Assembly: GCA_031264075.1 (NCBI GenBank)
Contig: JAISEO010000101.1
Coordinates: 1-57,251 of the forward strand
Reading direction: 5' to 3'
Origin: Coriobacteriales bacterium
GTDB taxonomy: Bacteria; Actinomycetota; Coriobacteriia; Coriobacteriales; UBA8131
Length of the DNA: 57,251 bases
In this document: positions 52,092 through 57,251 of the stretch, in pieces
Layout of the letters: every line of letters starts with the position of its first letter
Position numbering within the stretch: the first letter of the stretch is position 1
Made by a program: the position numbers and the translations under genes
Notes under the pieces: model-generated
Database searches by the model: none
What the model was told of the DNA's origin: nothing
Seen by the model: the letters and a program-made list of their open reading frames with translations, nothing else

Positions 52092-55000
52092 TCATGCTGT
52101 CTGCCCTGTGCTCTCTTCATACTCCTCGATGAGCCAGAGTTCGTAGGCCCGTTGCAGTTCTTCGGCACCCGGTTCTTTGGGATCGCCCTTCTTATGCTCG
52201 CCGCTGTTGCTCTTGTATACGGAGTGTGCGCGGAGGTCTGCCAGCTGTTGGCTCTGGAGGAAGCCGCTCGTGTCGAAGAGCTGCTGCTGGAGCCGGTGCC
52301 ACACCGCCTGTATGAGCCTGCGCAGATGCACGAGCTCCTCCTCCCCTACCTGCACAAACTCCTCCTCAGGCAGGGCGAGACCCTGCTTGCGGTCTGGCTC
52401 TACAAAGAGGTCGGCACCGCCGCTTACCCGCCAGCCGCTGAACTCCGGCGTGTTCTCTACGAGGAGTTTGTAGAACTGCAACTGCCGCCGGTAGGCCGCA
52501 CCCTGCGAGCCCGGACTCCTCGCAGCTCCGGTCTTGTAATCGTAGAGGGCTATCGTCTGCGTGCTGGTGTCGAGCAGCAGAAGGTCCGCGCGCCCCGTGA
52601 GGGGTACGCCGTCGAGCAGGACGTCGAAACTCTGCTCAGCGCGCGCGTCCGGCGTGAGCCGCAGCTTGAAGGCGGGCATGAAGTGCTGCAGGAACAGCTC
52701 AAACCGCTGGGCGAGACCGTCCAGCTCCTCGGGCGGATAATCGAGCGCCTGCAGGGCATCCCTTGCTTCTGCCGCAAGCTCTGCCTCGCTCGTTGAGCCC
52801 GCCTTGAGCACGGTATTGAGGTACCCGGCGAGATACTGGTGCACGATATTGCCAAAATCAAGGGCCGGAGAGGGCTTGCTCGGCAGGGCCAGGAGCCTGT
52901 TCGTAAGGAAACGCGCGCCATCGAGGCCGCCCTCCCGGTATTCGACAAACTCATTGAGGAGCGAGACACTGAGCCTCCGCCCTGCCCTTGCCTGCAGCAG
53001 GTGCAGGTTCTCCGGCCTGGGAAGGTAGGCGTCCTGCCAGCTGAGCGGCGCTATGTCCTCAAGAGCCTCAAGACCCACCTCCATCTGGCGCGGAGTAGCA
53101 AGGCCCACGAGCTCCGGCACAAGACGGGAGTTGCCAAGCGATATGCAGAGCTCGTCGCGCGCCCGGGTGGCAGCAACAAAGAGTACGCGTCGCAGGTCGT
53201 CCGCATCCTCGCTCTCGCTCAGATAGATGTTCTGGGTAATGAGCTTTGCGCCTCCGGCAGGCTTTGTCCAGCTGCCCCGGTCAGCGTCGATGAGGTAGAC
53301 GCGGTCAAACTCCATACCCTTGGAATTATGCGCCGTGGTAAGCGTAATGGCATCGGTGCTGCCGAGTGGAACGCTGGCAACGATCTTGACGCCAAAGCGC
53401 TCGGTCTCGTCAAGCAGCTCCACCACAGAGGGCAGGCGGATGGGCGCTTGCAGGCCGAGGGCGGCCCTGCGTTTGGGGGAGTTGGCCTGCAGCTCGCCCT
53501 GCACAAACTCCAGCAGCGCCCCCAGGCCGTAGTGGAGCTCTATGACAGCAAAGGGTTCTGCTTCGCTGTGCGCCTCATAGTAGGGAACAACCCACTCGGA
53601 AAGGCACCGGATGAGCGCGCTCGCCGGTACCGATGCCACCTGGGCCGATACATCCCGGAGTCCGACGTAGAGTCTTTGGAGAGAAGGCTGGCTGCTTGCC
53701 TCCAGGGCGGCAAGCCAACCGCCAGCGCTTCTGGCCTCGATGGCCAGCCTCAAAGCGTCCTCCTGCGCGATGCCGAGCTCCGGCGCGGCAACGATGCGGG
53801 GCAGCTCCGCCTCGGCGCGTGGAACAGCGCCACGCGACCAGTGCACAACACAGCGCATGAGCGCAAGCAGAGTAGCCAGCGAGGCAATCCGGCTCACCTC
53901 GCGCCGTACTTGATAGCTGAAGGCAATGCCAAAATGCTCCAGATAGGGAATGAGCGCACTGAAACTTGCGTGCTTGCGGGCAAGTATCGCTATCTCCGAG
54001 CCGGGATGGGTGCTCCGTTCCATGAAGCCGCCCTCGATAAGCGCCTTGATCTCCCGCGCGACTTCGTAGTACTGCAATTCCGGTGCCGCATACACCCGTG
54101 GCGCAAGGTCAGGCGTGGCCGCAGTCTGTCGCACGGCCTCCAGATGCTTGCTCTCCTTGCTGGTAGTGAGACGTTTCTCAATCTGACCTGCCAGTTCCTG
54201 CCCCAACGCCACTATCTCGGGCAGGGAGCGGTAATTCTTCGTGAGGACGATGGATCGGGTGCCCGCGTAGTTCTCCTCGAACTGCTGGATGAACTCCACG
54301 CTCGCGCCCTGGAAGCGCATGATGGCCTGGTCGTCATCGCCCACGGCCAGGATATTGGGTCGCTCGACGCCCGCGATGATGGATTCGACGATCTTCATCT
54401 GCGCGCCGTTGGTGTCCTGGAACTCGTCTATGAGGATGTACTGGTATTGCGCGCGGAGCTGAGCCGCGAAACTGGGATGCTGCTCGAGGGCCAAGCCGGC
54501 GTCGAGTATCATGTCGTCGTAATCGTAGAGTGCCATCTCCTTCAGATACTCCTGATACCGCTGGTAGACCGACACGACGGAGCGGGTGGCAGCATTGGCC
54601 CGGCGTTCCTTGAAGGCAGGCGGACTCTGGTTGAAGAACCGGTCGCGCAGCTCCTTTCTGAATCCGGAGGAGTTGCCGTTCTCGTCAAAGAAACAGGTCT
54701 CCTGCACCACCCGCCTGAGCAGGAGGGCGTAGGGCTCGTAGCTGCCCGTGAGCGTAACGAGCTGCTCGGTAAACTCGGCCGGCGCGGAGTCCAGAGCCAC
54801 GAGCAGCTCGGCTTTGAGATCCTCGAGAAAACGCTGCTTCTCTTCCTTCGTACCGTGTTGCAGGCTTGTCGTGAGCCTCTGCAGCAGCCCGGCCTTCTCG
54901 CGCTCGAAATAGTCGAAGAAACGCAGATTCTGGTCGCAGATGGCGAGGATGTCTGCCGCTTGGAGGCCGGACTTCTTTATCTTGCCCATGAGGGAGCGGA

Positions 55001-55502
55001 CGGCCCCCAGATTACCGGACACCCCGTCAAAGGGGTTCTGATAGAGCGGGTCGGTTACGGGGAGCTCCCTCAGCAGGCGATTGATGAGCTTGGGGGAATC
55101 GAGGGGGGTGATGAGGCGGTCAAACCCGCTGCGGTCAAAGTATTCCGGATACCTTGCACTCAGGCGCTCGGAAAAGGCGTGGAAGGTCCCGATGGTGACG
55201 CCATAGGCGCTCCGGCCGATAAAGCCTACGAGGCGCTCCAGCATGGCATCCGATCCCGCGTTGGAAAAGGTGAGGCAGAGGATGTTGTCGGGAGACACGT
55301 CCCTGTGCTGCAGGATGGCAGCCACACGCAGGCTCAGGAGCTGCGTCTTGCCGGTTCCCGGGCCGGCCACCACCAGTACCGGGCCATCCAGCGCCTCTAC
55401 CGCCGCGCGTTGCTCGGGGTTAAGGCTTGCAAAGGCCGTTTCGAGTGCGGCGCGTTGCTCGGGGTTAAGATGAAGAGACGTCCCGTGTGTTGTGTCCTGC
55501 AT
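52092..55502 (-). CDS. UvrD/PcrA-family SF1 helicase fused to a C-terminal RecB-like PD-(D/E)XK nuclease (AddA-like, no partner subunit nearby)
   Basis: Walker A AGPGTGKTQ, motif II LIDEFQDTN, VGDDDQAIMRFQGA, TAHNSKGMEFD, VAATRAR. The C-terminal nuclease reads GRADLLLLD...ALYDYKTG. Confidence 0.88.
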   Translation of the reverse strand: MQDTTHGTSLHLNPEQRAALETAFASLNPEQRAAVEALDGPVLVVAGPGTGKTQLLSLRVAAILQHRDVSPDNILCLTFSNAGSDAMLERLVGFIGRSAYGVTIGTFHAFSERLSARYPEYFDRSGFDRLITPLDSPKLINRLLRELPVTDPLYQNPFDGVSGNLGAVRSLMGKIKKSGLQAADILAICDQNLRFFDYFEREKAGLLQRLTTSLQHGTKEEKQRFLEDLKAELLVALDSAPAEFTEQLVTLTGSYEPYALLLRRVVQETCFFDENGNSSGFRKELRDRFFNQSPPAFKERRANAATRSVVSVYQRYQEYLKEMALYDYDDMILDAGLALEQHPSFAAQLRAQYQYILIDEFQDTNGAQMKIVESIIAGVERPNILAVGDDDQAIMRFQGASVEFIQQFEENYAGTRSIVLTKNYRSLPEIVALGQELAGQIEKRLTTSKESKHLEAVRQTAATPDLAPRVYAAPELQYYEVAREIKALIEGGFMERSTHPGSEIAILARKHASFSALIPYLEHFGIAFSYQVRREVSRIASLATLLALMRCVVHWSRGAVPRAEAELPRIVAAPELGIAQEDALRLAIEARSAGGWLAALEASSQPSLQRLYVGLRDVSAQVASVPASALIRCLSEWVVPYYEAHSEAEPFAVIELHYGLGALLEFVQGELQANSPKRRAALGLQAPIRLPSVVELLDETERFGVKIVASVPLGSTDAITLTTAHNSKGMEFDRVYLIDADRGSWTKPAGGAKLITQNIYLSESEDADDLRRVLFVAATRARDELCISLGNSRLVPELVGLATPRQMEVGLEALEDIAPLSWQDAYLPRPENLHLLQARAGRRLSVSLLNEFVEYREGGLDGARFLTNRLLALPSKPSPALDFGNIVHQYLAGYLNTVLKAGSTSEAELAAEARDALQALDYPPEELDGLAQRFELFLQHFMPAFKLRLTPDARAEQSFDVLLDGVPLTGRADLLLLDTSTQTIALYDYKTGAARSPGSQGAAYRRQLQFYKLLVENTPEFSGWRVSGGADLFVEPDRKQGLALPEEEFVQVGEEELVHLRRLIQAVWHRLQQQLFDTSGFLQSQQLADLRAHSVYKSNSGEHKKGDPKEPGAEELQRAYELWLIEEYEESTGQTA

Positions 55503-55509
55503 AGCCTTC

Positions 55510-57060
55510 TTACTGCCCTCTGCCTGCCTGCTGTGCCGGTTCCTGTGGAAGTTCCTGCGCTGACTCCCTGCCTGCTTCTCTGATTACCGCGCCGTAACGA
55601 GCGGCCAGCGCGCGAACAGTGTCCCTGTCCTCGGCCGCACAGCGGTCGAGCGCAATAAGGGCGCAGCCGTTATAGACCCGCAGGGCGCGCTCAAACGCGG
55701 TGGGCCCTGTTGCTGTTATGAAAAGCGGCACATTAACCAGGGCCTGGATTGCCTCTATCATGGCAGGGAGGGCCTGGGCCTCGTCAATGACGGGGAGGGC
55801 CGGGGCCTGGGCATCGTCGGCTGAAGCGTGCAAAGCACGCCTGGAAACCTCATCAGCTCCGCTGAGGGTGGCTGAGACGCCGATTATCCGGGCACCCTCT
55901 CCCTGGGCATCGAGCGCCTCATCGGCAGCATACTCGTAGTCGCCCAGAGCGAGTGCCTCAGCAAGCTCAGCATTGGTAGCAGCATCGATGCGGGTATCGA
56001 CGATAAGGGCTTCTCCGGCGGTGGCCTCTCTGCCTGCTGCTGTTTCGGCGGTGATGTTCTCGCCTGTTGTCTCTTCGTCCTGCCCCGCCTCGAGTAGCAT
56101 CCCTTTGCGTAACGCTGTCTCATCCAGGGCAAGGCTTGAGGCATAGGAGCTGATAACGCAGCGGCGACGGCGCACTTCCGGCCTGAGGCTGATGCCCTCG
56201 CAGGCAGCTGCCAGGGCCTCGATATGCGCCGGAGTCGTGCCACAGCAACCACCAAGCACGGCTGCGTACTCCCCTGCCAGTGGTGTGAGCGTGGAGGCAA
56301 ACTCCTCGATGCTCGTTGTGTACACCGCCTCGCCGTTTTTCATTATCGGGAGGCCTGCGTTGGGGCTGAACACCAGCGGCGTTGAGGAAAGTGCGCGCAA
56401 CTTTTTGATGAAGGGTAGGGTCTCCTGGAGACCATCGCCGCAGTTGAGGCCCAGGGCGTCAACGCCGAGGCCCTCCAGCAGCGCACAGACGCAGGCGATG
56501 TCCGCGCCGTTGAGCAGGTTTCCCTGCCTGTTGATGGCCACCGTAGCCAGTACCGGCAGATTGCTCGCCTCCTGGGCAGCGAGAACTGCCGCCTTGAGTT
56601 CATAGGTATCGATCATCGTCTCTATGAGGATGCAGTCTGCGCCGGCGGCGCTACCCGCCTCCACCTGCTCCTTAAAGAGCGCAACGGCATCGTCAAAGGC
56701 AATCTGTCCCAGGGGGCAGAGCAGCTCGCCGAGCGGGCCCACATCCAAGACGACAAAGCAACCCTGCGTGCCGTGCCGCTCCACGGCCTCGCGGGCCAGC
56801 GTAACTCCAGCGGTAACCACCTCGGCAACGCTGAGGCCCGTATTCTTGAGCGTAAGGGCATTGGCACTGAAGGTATTGGCGGTAATGAGGGTGGCCCCTG
56901 CCTCAAGATAGGCGGTATGGACAGCACGCACCGTGTCCGGATGCGAGACATTCCAGAGCATGGGTGCCAGTCCGGGAGGCAGCCCTCGGGCCTGTAATTG
57001 GGTGCCCATGGCCCCGTCGGCGATGATGAGCTGCTTGCCCAGAATGTCTTTGCTTCTCAC
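55510..57060 (-). CDS. homocysteine S-methyltransferase domain protein (MetH-like N-terminal module with a partial pterin-binding-like C-terminus)
   Basis: IIADGAMGTQL...ITANTF...LNCG...GGCCGTTPAHI (zinc-binding Cys set). The C-terminal ~200 aa resemble only the first half of the MetH pterin-binding barrel. GTG start behind an AGGAG SD. Confidence 0.82.
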   Translation of the reverse strand: MRSKDILGKQLIIADGAMGTQLQARGLPPGLAPMLWNVSHPDTVRAVHTAYLEAGATLITANTFSANALTLKNTGLSVAEVVTAGVTLAREAVERHGTQGCFVVLDVGPLGELLCPLGQIAFDDAVALFKEQVEAGSAAGADCILIETMIDTYELKAAVLAAQEASNLPVLATVAINRQGNLLNGADIACVCALLEGLGVDALGLNCGDGLQETLPFIKKLRALSSTPLVFSPNAGLPIMKNGEAVYTTSIEEFASTLTPLAGEYAAVLGGCCGTTPAHIEALAAACEGISLRPEVRRRRCVISSYASSLALDETALRKGMLLEAGQDEETTGENITAETAAGREATAGEALIVDTRIDAATNAELAEALALGDYEYAADEALDAQGEGARIIGVSATLSGADEVSRRALHASADDAQAPALPVIDEAQALPAMIEAIQALVNVPLFITATGPTAFERALRVYNGCALIALDRCAAEDRDTVRALAARYGAVIREAGRESAQELPQEPAQQAGRGQ

Positions 57061-57097
57061 TATTTACACTCCTGTTTGAGTGGTGTATACTATCGTT

Positions 57098-57196
57098 TAG
57101 GGAGTCGGCGAGGATGCCATTTACATCCCCACCGACTTCGAGACCGGGATTAGTCTCTCGAATGCCTGCCGCGATAACCGGCAGGCTTTCTCTTTA
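57098..57196 (+). ncRNA. candidate ~100-nt small RNA (alternatively the antisense image of a structured 5' leader of the MetH-like gene)
   Basis: Plus strand: TTTACA (57063-57068), 17-nt spacer, TATACT (57086-57091). Three hairpins follow (57104-57136, 57137-57162, 57164-57186), then TTTCTCTTTAT. Confidence 0.35.
57164..57196 (+). terminator. intrinsic-terminator-like hairpin (8-bp GC stem plus T-rich tail) on the plus strand
   Basis: gcctgccg cgataac cggcaggc, followed by tttctctttat. Confidence 0.4.
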
Positions 57197-57242
57197 TGGC
57201 CTCGATTATCAACCTGGCCAGGTTGATAATCGAGGCCATAAA
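57193..57242. repeat. perfect 50-nt palindrome
   Basis: tttatggcctcgattatcaacctgg | ccaggttgataatcgaggccataaa. The two 25-nt halves are exact reverse complements. Confidence 0.92.
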
Positions 57243-57251
57243 TAGACAAGA

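Noticed and set aside
50600-52132. 510-aa plus-strand ORF
   Set aside because: It is antisense to the MFS transporter. The product is charged and His/Arg/Glu-rich, unlike a real protein of this genome.
52839-55583. 914-aa plus-strand ORF
   Set aside because: It is antisense to the helicase-nuclease gene, which carries all the SF1 motifs on the minus strand.

Overview
High-GC (spot counts about 65% in housekeeping genes) chromosomal window from a Gram-positive bacterium. Gene content and order (alaS-ruvX-mltG-yqeG-aroQ-pepP, ackA/pta, ppdK, dnaE) suggest Actinomycetota, possibly Coriobacteriia; this is inference only. All calls rest on reading the sequence and remembered family motifs, with no database search or HMM run. 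Most of the window is ordinary core metabolism and information processing: rpsA (partial), bfr, metNIQ, a hybrid sensor kinase, larE-like, alaS, rarA, ppdK, dnaE, glf plus a GT2, pta/ackA, xseAB, an MFS pump, an AddA-like helicase-nuclease and a MetH-like homocysteine methyltransferase. The unusual part is about 19.3-33.6 kb, between rarA and ppdK. It holds a roughly 9.8-kb mosaic surface-protein gene whose Sec signal peptide is separated from the 3,222-codon body by a 13-nt poly-G tract. This looks like a slipped-strand ON/OFF switch, or a homopolymer assembly error. Directly 3' of it is an ECF sigma factor with a TGTAAC-N16-CGTA promoter, coupled through an ATGA overlap to a membrane-anchored beta-propeller protein (putative anti-sigma). 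The segment is bracketed by direct copies of a repeat terminus (CTCGCTCGCAATGACAGNGGGGGGG) that belongs to a nested MITE-like palindromic element. It also carries iteron-like direct repeats and an orphan MntA-type nucleotidyltransferase. Other noteworthy items: a family of GC-rich palindromes with a TGTCCC core, an Rpn-type nuclease with a duplicated 3' gene fragment, an AroQ homologue with substituted catalytic residues, and a candidate ~100-nt sRNA or leader next to the MetH-like gene. Many long antisense ORFs in the track are high-GC artefacts.
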